Assembly (NCBI GenBank): GCA_030704615.1 | Contig: CM060733.1 | Coordinates: forward strand, 76,570,001 to 76,634,000 | Direction of reading: 5' to 3' | DNA length: 64,000 nt | DNA from: Takakia lepidozioides | Lineage: Eukaryota > Plantae > Bryophyta | Part shown: positions 36,520 to 49,589 of the stretch, in pieces | Layout of the letters: the number at the start of each line of letters is the position of its first letter | Position numbering within the stretch: the first letter of the stretch is position 1 | Made by a program: the position numbers and the translations under genes | Notes under the pieces: model-generated | What the model was told of the DNA's origin: nothing | Database searches by the model: none | The model's input: the letters and a program-made list of their open reading frames with translations, nothing else

Positions 36520-37270
36520 AAGCAGCTTATTGAGACCACCAGTACTGGTGTTCCCATAAAATTCAAAATAATTTAATTAATTTAAGACCGTCGATGCTGG
36601 CGATCCTATTATAATTAATAAATATTTAAATTCAAGACCACCACCTCTGATCGTCCTAATTTTAAGAAAGATAATTAATCGTTAGCTCTGACAGCCTCAG
36701 TTTTGAAGAAATTATTTAATAAATTTGGGACCGCAAGCTCTCGCGGTCCTAATTGTTTTTTAAATATTTAATAAAACATGACAGACAAAGCTGCGATCCC
36801 ACGTTTTATATTTTTTGGGATAAAATCGGGACCGCCAGAGTTGACACTACCAAATTTCCTAATTTTTTTCCTTAAGTTGTTTTGGATAAAATCTGGACTA
36901 CCATAGCTGGCGGTCACAATTTTCTTTTTGGAAGGTAAAATTGGGTTCGCCAAAGCTGGCGGTCTCAATTTTTTATTTTAAAAAAAATATTTTTGTGGAT
37001 AAGAATGAGACCACTAGACCTAGTGGGATTTTTTTAATTTTTTTTGATGACTGCCAACGGTTTTAATGGTTAATTTGAAACCGCCGAAACTGGTGGTCCC
37101 GATTCTTTTTTGAAATAATTTTATTTTTCTTGAGATTAAATTCGGACCGACAGAGGCGACGTTTTCTTTTAGTTTTTTTAACTTTAATTTAGTAAAATCG
37201 GGACCGTCGGCTCTAGTGGTCCCGATATTTGTTTTTCAATAAAATCAGGACCACTAGTTGTCCCGATTTT
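36520..37270. repeat. AT-rich array of degenerate palindromic GACCGCC-AGAGCT-GGCGGTC motifs (CACTA-type subterminal repeats)
   Basis: More than 10 copies of gggaccgccagag.tggcggtcc variants separated by A/T tracts. Confidence 0.7.
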
Positions 37271-37315
37271 ATCTAGTAAAACATCTCGTCCCCTGTTCGG
37301 TTTAAAATAATTAAT

Positions 37316-37349
<34 letters not shown>

Positions 37350-38381
37350 CCCTATATGCTGCAACACGTTGTACATGTCATTATACGAGACTGAATAAAA
37401 ATGAAGGTCAAATTCACATATGCGGCACCTCACTTAGATGGTGCTTTGGAGACCTGTGATAGATGGTTATTTCAGTTTGTACGGGAGCATAATATCGATG
37501 TGTGATAATACTTATTACTAGACAACTTCAGTTTTATCTATGTGATTTATTGGAAGAGTAGTGGAATATCAAAGCACTTTCAATATAATATGTGAAATGA
37601 TTTAGATGAAGTCATCTGATGAGGGGATTTTGTACATGTAGAGCTAATTGACTATTGCATGTGGATTTTTGTTTTTTGTACATATAGAATGTATGTGCAT
37701 ATGTCTTACTGATTATATTGATAAGGTTTGGAATGTGCTCAAATAGACATTGTGTTGATGTTCAAAATTTGTATGATAGAAAATTTCCATTAATAATACT
37801 TTAATATCCTCTATCTTTCGTATATTGAATTAAATTTTCTCTTGTTCCAGCAGTCCCAATCTCTTTATTTATTTTGGGATTGAATCAGAATCACAAGCTG
37901 GTGGTCCTATTTTTATTTTATTAAAAACAAATCGAGAATGTCAGAGCTGATGGTTTTTTTTGTAATTATTTTTGTATATATCAATACATATATAAAATCA
38001 GGAACGTCACGTTTATTTTAGTGCTTTTATTGATAGGATTATTGAGCTGCTTTGGTTTATAGGCAACATGGGCTGGCCTTTAATTTTGAAGCTTTTATAT
38101 AGAGAAGAAAGTCTAGTGATGAATTTGAATAGTTGTCGTCTATTATATCTCAAACATATGTACTTTTGAATCGTTCCTATGCATAAAAACACACGTCAAG
38201 ATTCACATGTGACTATAAGATAAACAAACTCAATAAATAACAAATTTACAAACATTTAGAAATGCAATTACATTGCATACCTCAACCATAAGATGCCCAT
38301 TATCAGATGTGCAAATGTTCACAAATGGATCTGCGTCAACAAGTGTCTCCCCAATACATTTAGTTTATGATTGAAGGACTT

Positions 38382-39018
38382 TGTCACGGACATAGCCCAG
38401 AAGAACTCATTAGTAATCATCAAAAATTACCAAATTACTGAAATTTACTAAGTTACTAGAAATTACTATGATTTATCAAGAATTATCATGAGTTATTATG
38501 AGTTCATAAGTTACAAAGAGTTACCAAATTACTAAGAATAACTCGGATAACTGCTCATGAAGCTTCCTTGGTTGAAGAAACTTCTTATGAAACTTCATTT
38601 GGTTGAGGAAGCTTCTCAGGATACTTCCTTTGGCTGGAGAAGCTTCTCAAGAGACCATGTGGTTGAAGAAACTTCTTCAGAAACTTCCTAGGAACTAGTA
38701 TATATATAGGAGGCGAGACTGGACACTCCTCAGTCTCGCCAACACAAGTTCGAGCTACTCTTACTTCCAATTCCAGTATTCCTGCCCAATTTCCAATATA
38801 TGGTATTCTAGTCCAGTTTCTAGTATTCCAGTATTCCAGTACTCAAGTACAGTTCCAAGATCTTATATTCTTGTCCTTATGTAAAGACTACATAAAGTTC
38901 ATTTGATTCATGTTCACCCATAGTGTGTATTCGACCACGCCGACCTTGACTCCTTGTCTAGTCTTGTACCTCTAATCTGATATCTTGTTTGAGTTCAGTC
39001 ATGTTCTCGTCCTTGACA
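38382..39018 (+). mobile_element. Solo LTR (637 bp)
   Basis: Termini TGTCACGGAC...GTCCTTGACA, perfect 5-bp TSD GACTT (38377-81, 39019-23) and an internal TATATATAGG at ~38701. Confidence 0.92.
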
Positions 39019-40009
39019 GACTTATGCTTTAAAGCTCTTCCAATATCTTATTTTTCTCAAATACAGGTAACTCATTGTTTGATTTGGTGGACTTCATAGA
39101 GAACTCAAAGTCATCTTTCACAGCCTCTTCTGCCGACCACACATTTGTGAACAAAATGCCGAAACACCATAACTCTCAACACTTTATGAACCTCAATATC
39201 GAATGTGGCCCAATTGGGACCCTATACAACCCACTGTAGCTTTAGCACAAGATGGATTATCGCATATGACCATGTTTGTTATCCTTTGAGCATCCCCCTC
39301 AGCAACTATGCATGTTTGCATCACTGAACATTACAAAGGAAACAATTTTGTGTAGTATTTCATCCACGTATCAACCATAAGATACATGGAATTGCTTGAG
39401 ATCTTGCTACGAGCATGAGCAAGAGTAGACATGGACATCAATCCTGACATTTTTACTCTATATAATACCTCAAGAACATCAAATGACCAAAAAATTGAAA
39501 TATTTATTTCTTCATGTCCACAAATGCTTGATGAGTTAGCTTCAACCTCAGTATGTTGTTATCGAGAGATGATACAAACACCTCCAAGTATGTCTAAAAT
39601 AATATTTTTGTATAAGTACCAATATATAACATACAACTTTGCAACCAAATATTTTGAAAGCAAAATAAACCAAATGTATACATACCTCAGGATCATTGAA
39701 AATTTGTATCCATGCCTCGATTAGGATTTGCCGCAATGGACTTTATAAATCCGCAGTTGCATCATCGACAAATGTGAACTTATTTTCTCATAAAGTGTAT
39801 TTAATCTTCAATGGTGTAAACCAAACTTGTGACATGATTGTGTCGGTTACGTTATATTACGTTAAGTCGCATCAGATTAGACGCTAACGTGACCTATGCC
39901 ACGTCCATATTTTTATTATAAAAATAAATATGTATGAGGGATAAGAAAAGCTATCATATCACATTGACTGACATGTTGGCATATTAACAACACGACAATT
40001 AATTAAAAA

Positions 40010-40870
40010 ATAAAATAATTACTGCGACTACCATATATAGATGATCGCATCCAAATAAAAATTTAAAAAATACATACGACCGCCAATAATGTTAGTCGTA
40101 CATAATGTTCTAAAAAATACGTGCAATCGCTAAAATACGGCATTCGCATGATATTTTCTTTACTTAGAAATATATATTACTGCCAAAATCTGGCAATTGT
40201 AAGATGTTTTTAATAAAAAATATGTGCGACCACCAAAATTTGACGGTTGTATGTAATTTATTTTTAAATAATTATATGCGACGGCCCAAATTTGGCAGTC
40301 GTATGTAATTTAATTTAAATAAGTGTAATATAATGTAATTTAAATAAGTGCGATCGACAATTCTAGCTGTAGCACATATTAAAAAATAAACAATTACATG
40401 CAACTACCAACCTTGACGTTTGCATCAATTTCTTTAAAAATAAATCTCCAAAAATATATTAAAAATATTACATTCGATCACGGGCCTTAGTGATCACATC
40501 TATTTTCTTTAAAAATAAAAATTTATTTATTTTATTTTGTTTTACTTTCTCAAAATTATGAGCAATCGCCAATTATGGCGGCCGCACCTATGCGAATAAA
40601 AAATACCTACGACCCCCAGCCTTGACAATCACACTGATGTTTTGAAAAATAAGAGTGTTTTTTTTCCGAAAATATGTACGCCCGCCATTTATGGTAGTCG
40701 CACCTATTAAGAAAATAAAACATATATGTGACCGCCATAATTAACTGTACTTGTTGCAATCAAAAGAATAAAAAAATATATGTGACGTTCAATTATGGAT
40801 AATGGTGGTCGTATATATTATAAAATAAATGAATGTATGCGACCGCCATAATTGGTTGCACCTATGAAAA
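40010..40870. repeat. AT-rich array of TGCGACCGCC/GGCGGTCGCA motifs (CACTA-type subterminal repeats)
   Basis: About 12 degenerate palindromic copies. Confidence 0.65.
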
Positions 40871-41546
40871 CCCGAAAACGTCGCCTCACTTTAGAGTGCT
40901 GTTACTGTTGCTTGATAAATATTCAATGTTACATACTTTATAAATTTTGCGTTTGTAAGTTTATATCCAACGGTTCGAAATTGATTTATTCACATATTAA
41001 AAAAAAATTATGATCTAAATATAAATAATACGGAAGTATGTTTGATTCTTGAAACAAGTGTAGTACGTTAACTATTTATACATGTGTTCAAGACCTCCCA
41101 ACTATATGGCTCTGCAGCCCACGTTAGTTCCTGATCTGCTTTCTAGATGACTGATTCCATCTGGTCCACCTCTCCTGCTTTTCCGTAAGTGCATGTTTGA
41201 TTGTTGGCGCAAATGAATTTAACAAAAGTTATGTTCGCCTGAATGTGGCGCAAATCATCCATGAAAGTTGTAGGGCGCTAACTCGTCCGTGAATTGCATG
41301 GTCGATGATTTTTTTTTTTTAGGATAACTTGTCGGTACTGTAGGTCGAAATGCCAAAACTTTTGATCTTGACGCGGGTGGAAGGGATTGCATTGGGTTTA
41401 TCCCCGAGGACGTCGCATCTGCAAATGTACAAAAAAAAATTTGGGTCGATAGTCGTCTTTTTCTCGAAATACGGTCTTTGTAACCTTCCGTGCATTTGAC
41501 TTCATCACTATGAAGTCCAAATCATCTTGCTCATTTCTGTTGTGCC

Positions 41547-42391
41547 CTATCTTCATGCCAATTTCTCCAATTTGGGTGTGTTATGGCTTGGTGGATTTGT
41601 AGCAAATAGGGTGATGAAGATGTGTTAGCCTTCAAAGCCATAAAGATTTTCAAGGGGTTGTGGTCTGGCCCCCAGTATAGCTGCACTTGTTGTTCAAGTT
41701 TCCAAACATTTAGCTACTTTGATGGGCTTATCTTTTTGCCAATTTCTCCATTTGTGGTGTGCTATGGTTTGACACATTTCTAACAACTAGTGTGATCATT
41801 ATATGGTGACCTTCAGAGCTTTGGAATTTCTTAAGGGGTTCTCAAGGGGTTGTGGTCTGGCCCCCAAGTAGTTCAAGTTTCCGGACTTTCAACTATTCAG
41901 ATGGGCCTATCTCCTTGCCAATTGCTCCAATTGTGGTGTGCTATGGCTTGAAAAATTCTAACAACTAGTGTGATCAAGTCATGGTGGCCTCCTGAGCTCT
42001 GAATTCTCTTAAGAGGTTGTGGTCTGGCCTCCAACGAATCTGCACTTGTAGTTCAAGTTTTCGGACTTTCAACTATTCAAATGGGCCTATTTCCTTGCCA
42101 ATTGCTCCAATTGTGGTGTGCTATGGCTTGGAGAATTTCTCATAACTAGTGTGATCAAAATATTATGGCCTCCAGAGATTTAAGGGGTTGTGGTCTGGCC
42201 CCCAACAGATCTGCATTTGTTGTTCAAGTTTCCGGACGTTCAGGTATTCAGATGGACCTATCTCCTTGTCAATTGCTCCAATTGTGGTGTGCTATAGCTT
42301 GAAACATTTCTAACAACTAGTGTAATCAAGTTATGGTGGCCTCATGAGCTCTGAATTTTCTTAAGGGGTTTTGGTCTGGCCCCCACCAGAT
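41547..42391. repeat. ~180-bp tandem repeat, ~4.7 copies
   Basis: Unit ctatctccttgccaattgctccaattgtggtgtgctatggcttg...aaggggttgtggtctggccccca...gttcaagtttccgg starts at ~41547, 41728, 41907, 42087 and 42258. Confidence 0.9.
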
Positions 42392-43439
42392 GTTTTTTAT
42401 TTTTTATTTTCGTAAATATATATTACTTGTGGATCTCATTTCATTTTATGTGCATCTTTTCTTTTATGTTTTGTTTGGTTTTCAATGACCTAGTATGTAG
42501 ACTTTGAGAATGAGCCATGGAGGCATTACACTGGCAGAGCCTCAGCGAATGAATTTTCGTTCTTGCACTTAGTTGTCTCAAATCTCCAACCTGTTGTTGT
42601 TTTCGATTTGTTTTCCAGTCTCGAAGCCTCTTCTATTGTTTGCGCAGCTGAGTTGTAAGAATAAGAAGAATGATCACACTCCAAACTTTCTTCATCATCC
42701 CAATATCCACATGATCCACACTCCTCTTGGATGTGCGTACAATGTCTATTATGTATGTAATTTTTTATTTTTTTTATTTTTTTTTATTTTTCTTTTTTTT
42801 GGTCCATTGTTTAGTTGTCTCTGTTTTCCCAAGCGTTTATGGAAAAAATATAGAGCATAGAGCAGACGGATTCATATTCATAAGATGTGGTCCATCCACC
42901 AACAAGCATGTGTTTTTAAAATGATCATACGGAATGTTTGTAACACTCCAACATATGCATGCAACATCAGGTAAGCACGGGAAAAAAAACAAGTAAATGT
43001 TTTAAAAAAAAAATCATGTACTCAAGATATACAATCAATATGTATTCATAACGCGTAGTTTGTGTCAGTTCACAATATAATTCACCCGCCAAAAGTACAA
43101 GACGTCGTTTCGGCGTGGACTACACAACAGCCCCGACGACGAGATGGAAAGGGAGTGTGGTGTCCCCGGCCAGCGATGCACAGTTTTGGACGGCGACACC
43201 GTGCGTCGTTTTCCATTTTTTGAGGGTAAAACACACCAACGCCAACGCATTTCCTTCATCCATCCCTATATATAAAACGACGTTGTTGTCACAGGCTCGG
43301 ATTGTACTCGTTTTCAATGATCTAGAAGGTCTGCCCTTCCCGTTCTTCTCCTCAAGGTTGTCAGTCTAATGTCGGGCACAGATCATTACACCGCAACCCG
43401 TTCCACGTCAATTACGAAAAGCTGGTCCCTACATCGCGG

Positions 43440-43800
43440 ATGGGGGAGACGCCGATCAAAGGTCGTCGGATCAAGACCTCTATGGATCCAACGCTCTGGG
43501 GGTCCCTTCCTGTCAAGTTGCAGGAGCCGGTGGTGGCGACCACACTCGAGGTGTTCCGAAATCGTATCGTATGCAAACGGTGGAACTCGTTCCCTTCATC
43601 AATATCGTTCTTACGCGCACGTGCCGCTGTCACGTCCGGCTCCGAATGCTTGACGACCTTGGTTATGTTGGACTCCGTGCACACCAATCGGACCGTCTCC
43701 GCTTACAATTTCAACAGCAACCGGTGGTTGCAATTGGACACCGGCGTGCCGCCCGTTTGGGGCTCAAATCCTGCTACGTCTTTTTTATATGTGGTACGAT
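43440..43800 (+). pseudogene. F-box (F-box/kelch-type) gene 5' fragment
   Basis: MDPTLWGSLPVKLQEPVVATTLEVFRNRIVCKRWNSFPSSISFL...SAYNFNSNRW. TATA-like ctatatataaa at ~43267. Truncated. Confidence 0.7.
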
Positions 43801-44219
43801 ATGTGAATTTCACTTTACTGTAATGAGTACAATGTTATTTTTTTTTATGAAGTGGTAGTAGAAATCGATAAAGGCAGGCCAAAATGAACTAATTAATATG
43901 ACCAAATTTAAATTATGTAACGCATGTTTGGCCATATCCGAGTTATATGAAACCTGTTTGACGTAGTTCTTGGGGGGGTAGCTTCAGGGCTTACAATGCT
44001 ACCCACCTACACCTCATTTTTGGGCGCTTGCAAAAAGTCTATAGATTTCTTCAAAGTATATAAGATTATCTATTTAAAAAAAATAAAAAATAAAGGAAAA
44101 CACCTAGGAGCTATAGCTCACAAATTATCACGGTCGGCCCACTTTTCACCCATCAATCGACCGAGAAAACAAAGAACAAAAAAATAAAAATCATCACGGT
44201 ATTAATTTTTTTATTATGG

Positions 44220-44750
44220 ATTAATATCAGAATCGTCAAAATAGGCAGCCCAAATTTTTATTATTTATGATTTTTGAATATCGAAACCGCCAGAGCAGGC
44301 GGTCCCAATGTTTATTTAACTTTTAATTTATTAAAATCAGGATCGCCAGCACTGACGATCATCATAGTAATAATTAAAAATTATAATAAAAGATGGGATT
44401 GTCAGCTCAGACAGTCCTGATATTAATATTAAAAAAATTAAAAAATTAACATTATGACCATTAATTATGATGGTCTTGATATCAATAAATATTAATAATA
44501 TCACCTCTGATTGATCTTGATATTAATTTTAAAAAATATATAATAATATTTAGAACCACCAACATTAGTGGTCCCAATAATAATAATAAAATAATTTAAA
44601 ATTTAAGACCGCTTGCTCCAATTAATATCTGGATTAATAAATATTAATAAAATAATAATAATTTTTTGAAATCGTCAGCTTTGAGCGTCTCAATATTAAT
44701 TTAGAAAATAATAAATTATAACAGAAATTGGAATTTCCAAATCTATAAAT

Positions 44751-44782
<32 letters not shown>

Positions 44783-44850
44783 CTTTGTCTGATGACTCCG
44801 ATTTTAATTTTAAAAAAATGTAAAAATATTAACCACTGTGACGTCCTAAG
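44220..44850. repeat. AT-rich CACTA-type subterminal repeat array
   Basis: Same GACCGCC..GGCGGTC motif family as 36520-37270. Confidence 0.6.
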
Positions 44851-44927
44851 GTCGCCTAACTGTCGTTTGGTCGTCATCATCGCCCAGTAGTCCCTCGGAG
44901 CCGGACGATCGTCCCACAACTCATTTT

Positions 44928-45420
44928 TTATAAAATAAAATGGGTTCGATCACATAGACATGCATGAAAAATCTTATAGCCCATCCCTATGGAGTCTAAG
45001 CCTTCACGCGCCTCTTTGCGTAATCGTGACATTTTGGGTTTCAAATATGGAGTAAAGATGTGGTCCGCAATAGTTTGCATTATTGCAGACATCCCAACTT
45101 TACTTATGTCAAATCGAATTTGAAGATTGAGCAATAATAGGATGGTGGAAAGTCGACTCACTTTCGCTCCTTCATATAAGGAAGCTCTGGTCTCATTTTC
45201 CATGTCATTTGAGGAAGCCGTTTCAGGATTATCGACTGAGATTTCTTCTCCATGGGATGCATCAGTCACATAATGCATTAAAATATCATCCAAAGTTTGT
45301 ACATCCTCAGGGTTAATTCCATGTTCACTTTCATCCTTATCATCGTTTGGTACTTCAACGATGAAGGCGGCGTCTCGCCCACGGCTCCACCGGATGTACT
45401 TGGGTTATTTTCGGATGACG
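44928..45420 (-). pseudogene. CACTA/EnSpm transposase (TnpD) N-terminal fragment
   Basis: SLYEGAKVSRLSTILLLLNLQ...EAREGLDSIGMGYKIFHACLCD matches the LYEG...YxxIHACxND region upstream of the Transposase_21 core. Confidence 0.8.
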
Positions 45421-46869
45421 TACTGAGAGAAAAGATCGAATGGGACAAACCAGGTCCTTATATGAACAAATGAACATATCGGCATATAATGTGTCGTGCA
45501 ACGCTAGTAAGCGTTCACTGATGGAAAAAGTAAAAGTCTCCCTGTCTACAACCTTTCTGTCAGTCAAACAAATATCTGATTTCCTGCAGTATTGGGTCTT
45601 TTTTCGTCTGACCTCGGATATATGTCATTTTTCTTTGCAACAACATCTTGCGCTCACGCTTTGTGGATGAAGCATGAGCCTAGCTCACAGGCTCACAGGG
45701 CTAGGCTTACGCCGTAGCTGCGCTGTTTGAAAAAATACACTTTTACAGAGTCATGTCCATGGAAAACACTGTCATGAATGTAGTCATAGCTACTTCTATG
45801 TTTCGGCTCAAGAATACTGTCAGTATATCCTCTGCTGCCATAACCCATTCTGAGAACATTCACTTCATTCCGTATGTTAGGAGAGCTCAATGTCACAATT
45901 GCGATATCCACCATTTCACAATATCCTCCAGAAACATATTAGCAATGTTGGATTTGGCAATCAGCTCCATGACCTTGGGCAATGTCAACTCTGAAATCCT
46001 TGCTTCCTCTCCCACCTCTTGGTCAATATAACACCACTGTCTCCAATCTGGATATGTTTGTTGAGTAAATGCTTGCAAAACTTCCGTCTCTGAAAATAAA
46101 CTCATACTTGGGTGCAACAAAAGCAAAGGTAAAATCATGGGGTCATCCAAACCCCGATTTTGTACCCTACGTTTGCTAAGAATGTTGAAGATGTCGAACA
46201 CCCAAGCACTGTGCCACAACATACATTTATAAGCAAAAAATATTAGTCTTGAGGCATGGAGGTAATTCGCTTATATATTAACCCTTAAGTGTCAAACTAA
46301 CCTAAAACGGGTCGGTTAGGTTTCTTGAACCGTCTAATTTTTACTGAAATTAACTACGAATTGAGTCAAAGTTAGCTCATTATGCAAGTAAAAAGTTTTT
46401 ACACACAGTAACATTGACTAATCTTTAAAATTATATATATGTAGGGCTAACTCATCTTTTTTGGCATGTTTTTGTTGTGTCATCTTGCCTGAATTGCTTG
46501 CATAGGAATTGCGGTCAGGTTAGGGAAAGAATTTATATCCTAAGGACGGCTAGTCCCATATACATCCCAATACATGAGTAGGGTTGCATACTAACGTGAT
46601 GTCAGGTTGCGTCAGGTCATGTCAGATATGACGTAAGACGTGGGCCTCTGTCACATCAGTCACGTCTACGTCACATCATCAGTTTCACATTAAAACAAGT
46701 ACAAAATATAGTGGGTAAAAAACATGTCACATAAGCTAAAAGATACGAAAAAATAGTCACATGGCCTAAACAACAACCAAAAGAATGTCATGTCAACTAT
46801 ACAAACAATACATATATTTCAGAAGTATGATTGTCTAATTAGCTCCGACATATGTCTTCAAAATTTAAT

Positions 46870-47500
46870 TAAATAAAATTGGGGCCACAAGTGTTGGTGG
46901 TCACGTATAATTTTAAAATACTTAAATTGATTTGAAACTATTGGTGTAGGCGATCTCATTATCATTAAAAAACTGTTTAAATTGAGGATTGCCAGCTCTG
47001 ACAGTCAAAATATCTAATAAGTCGGGACCGTCGGTTCTGAAGATCCCGACTTACGAAAATATTTAATAAATTGGGACAACCAGCTGTGGCGGTCCCGAAT
47101 TAAAAAAAACAGACGTTTAATAAAACAGACCGTCAACAGGATTGTCAGAGCTGGTGGTCATAATTTTTATTTATTTATTTATTTAGGATAAAATTGGGAC
47201 CCCCAGAGCTGGTGATATATTTTCAATTAATTATTTAAAATTGAGACCGCGAGTTCTGGCCGTCCCATTTTTGTTAATGTTTTTAAGAAATTAACATAGA
47301 GACCGTCTGAGCTGGTGGTCCTAATATTTTATTTTATTTTTCATTAATTTATTAATTAATGTACTGTCATAATTGACTATCCCAATTTTAAAAAAAATTT
47401 AAATAGAGAACTGTACCAATCATTTTAAATATTTTATTAGAATCGGAAAAAAATCGAGAAAAAACATGATCGTTACAACCAGTGTTGGGCGGTTATCAGC
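46870..47500. repeat. AT-rich CACTA-type subterminal repeat array
   Basis: gggaccgtc..., gagaccgcgag.tctggc.gtccc and agagctggtggtc copies. Confidence 0.6.
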
Positions 47501-48032
47501 TTTTTGTGAGGTCCTCCAGTGCAGGTTCTTTGCCCATTGGCTCTTCCTTATAACCTCTATATGCAGTTAAATGAACAAAATAAAAACAGTGTGATCGCAT
47601 CCTTGGGGGGTTCAAATGATTTTGTTTTGTTTTGAAACTTTGCATGCGTGTTGCGCTCATATTGCAGCACATGCGAGCCAATGATGAGCTGGAACGAGAG
47701 AAACTGATTTGGCTCCTGAAGTGCAAGCCTATGGAAAGCTGTGCACATTCAATGGGTGCAACGCTCCATCTGGGTTGGTTAGAGTCTGAACATTTTCAAG
47801 TCATGCAGTCTGAATCGGGAATTTCCAGAGGAGTTCACCCGTGAAACGATTGTTTATCATTTTGGAAAAAATTGCGTCGAAAATCTCCATGTGTATGGTA
47901 ATGTGGGTGGATTTGTGATGGATGACCACATCGTCCCTGATACACCCCATGATGCTACAATGAATTTGTTTCCTCACTTTGGGCCGTAACACTATGCTCA
48001 TGAGTGGGAGTTGTTGCATGCGCGCAATATTT

Positions 48033-48475
48033 AAGGTTAGTGCTACCAGGATCGTCAACGATCGTGGTTCCCAACACCTGCACATACAGTTGGAACTTGG
48101 TCTAAGGTTTTTAGTTTTTTAGTTTTTTTTAAATTTCCTATATATTTTTTATTTTGAACTTAGCAGCATGAGGCCAAATCCACGATCGAGGCAAATGGAC
48201 GTAAATAAGGGGGTTTTTTTTTTGGGGGCCTTAGCTGCATAAGGTTATCCACGATCGTTAATTATCGAGGCAAATGGACGTATATAAGGTCATTTTTATT
48301 TAATTTATCTTACATATTTTCATTGCATTGATCATTAACGGTTCGTGGATGGCTCCATGCAGCTAAGGCGGCCAAAATATTAATAATAATAAAGTAAAAA
48401 ACTTAGGCCGATAAGTTACAGTATTTACAGATGCGGGGAAGTACAATTGTTGACGACCTTGATAGCACTACCTTC
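48033..48475. mobile_element. Fold-back MITE with ~90-bp imperfect TIRs
   Basis: Left aaggttagtgctaccaggatcgtcaacgatcgtggttccc... versus right reverse complement aaggtagtgctatcaaggtcgtcaacaattgtacttccc.... No clear TSD. Confidence 0.65.
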
Positions 48476-49589
48476 TGGAAGCACCTTGGTAGCACTACCT
48501 TCACCTACTGTTGTGTTTTGTTCATATTTTTTTGCACTGTTACTGGAAAAATGATGGTCTCCCTGTTATAATATACACATGTTCGTGGAAATTGGCGTCT
48601 GTCCGCAGTAATAAGTGTTAGTCTGCGGTTATGGGCTCGATAATCGTGTGCCGAAATGTGAGGCTCATAGGCTCACGGGGCCAAACTCACATTCTAGCAT
48701 TCAATCTTTTCAAAGATGTCCACTGTGGGTGAGGGCAGTGGAGCAATGACATTAGGCCGTGAGGCTACGTTCATGTTTTGATAACGTGACGTGAGCCTAT
48801 GCTCGCGGTTGTCCACGTGGCTGAATTCATGGCCCACCCCACGTCATCAACTAATAAGGGTGTTTATTCCCATGGACACGACTCCCCTATTACTGCAAAA
48901 CAAATTGGAGATTGATTAAGACATTTGTTACCATCATGTTGTATGTCTTGTCCTGCAAAACAGATCCGAAGATGAGGATGGTATATACCTATCCATATCG
49001 TGGAGGAGAAACATCTATGAAACGATAACAAGCCCAAGCCTATCATATCTCCAGCAACCCTAACCCCAATCATTTCATATTGTCTCTACTGCACCATGAC
49101 AGAGAGCTCATAAGTACAATATGTAGCAGAGACAATAAGAGAGGTATGGAGTTGCTGCACACTTGTTTTTCAGCCCCTGTCAAAACCATAAAAATAAATA
49201 AAAATAAAATAGTTTTTTTTATTAATTTGTTTTTTGGGTGTGTGTGCATTTGTGTATGTGTTGCAAAATAAATGTACATCGATGACACTTGTTTTCTAGC
49301 CCTCATCAAAACTTTTATATATATATACGTGTGTGTGTGTGTGTTGTTTTCCAGCCCTCGTCAAAATCACAAAAATAAATAAATAAACAAAAAATCAGAA
49401 AGATATTGTTTTTTGATGCTGCAAAACAAGTGTGTGTTGAATTGTTTTCCAGGCCATATCAACAATAAATAAATAAATAATCTGGTTTTGATTGGGGCTG
49501 AAAAATAAATGTGCGTCAACACGCACTTGTTTTATATCAACCCCAAACCTCTCATATTGCCAAACGGACTCACGTTCCCTTACCAGATC

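Noticed and set aside
46278-46450. Second piggyBac-like end (TTAA-CCCTTAAG)
   Set aside because: No convincing matching right TIR.
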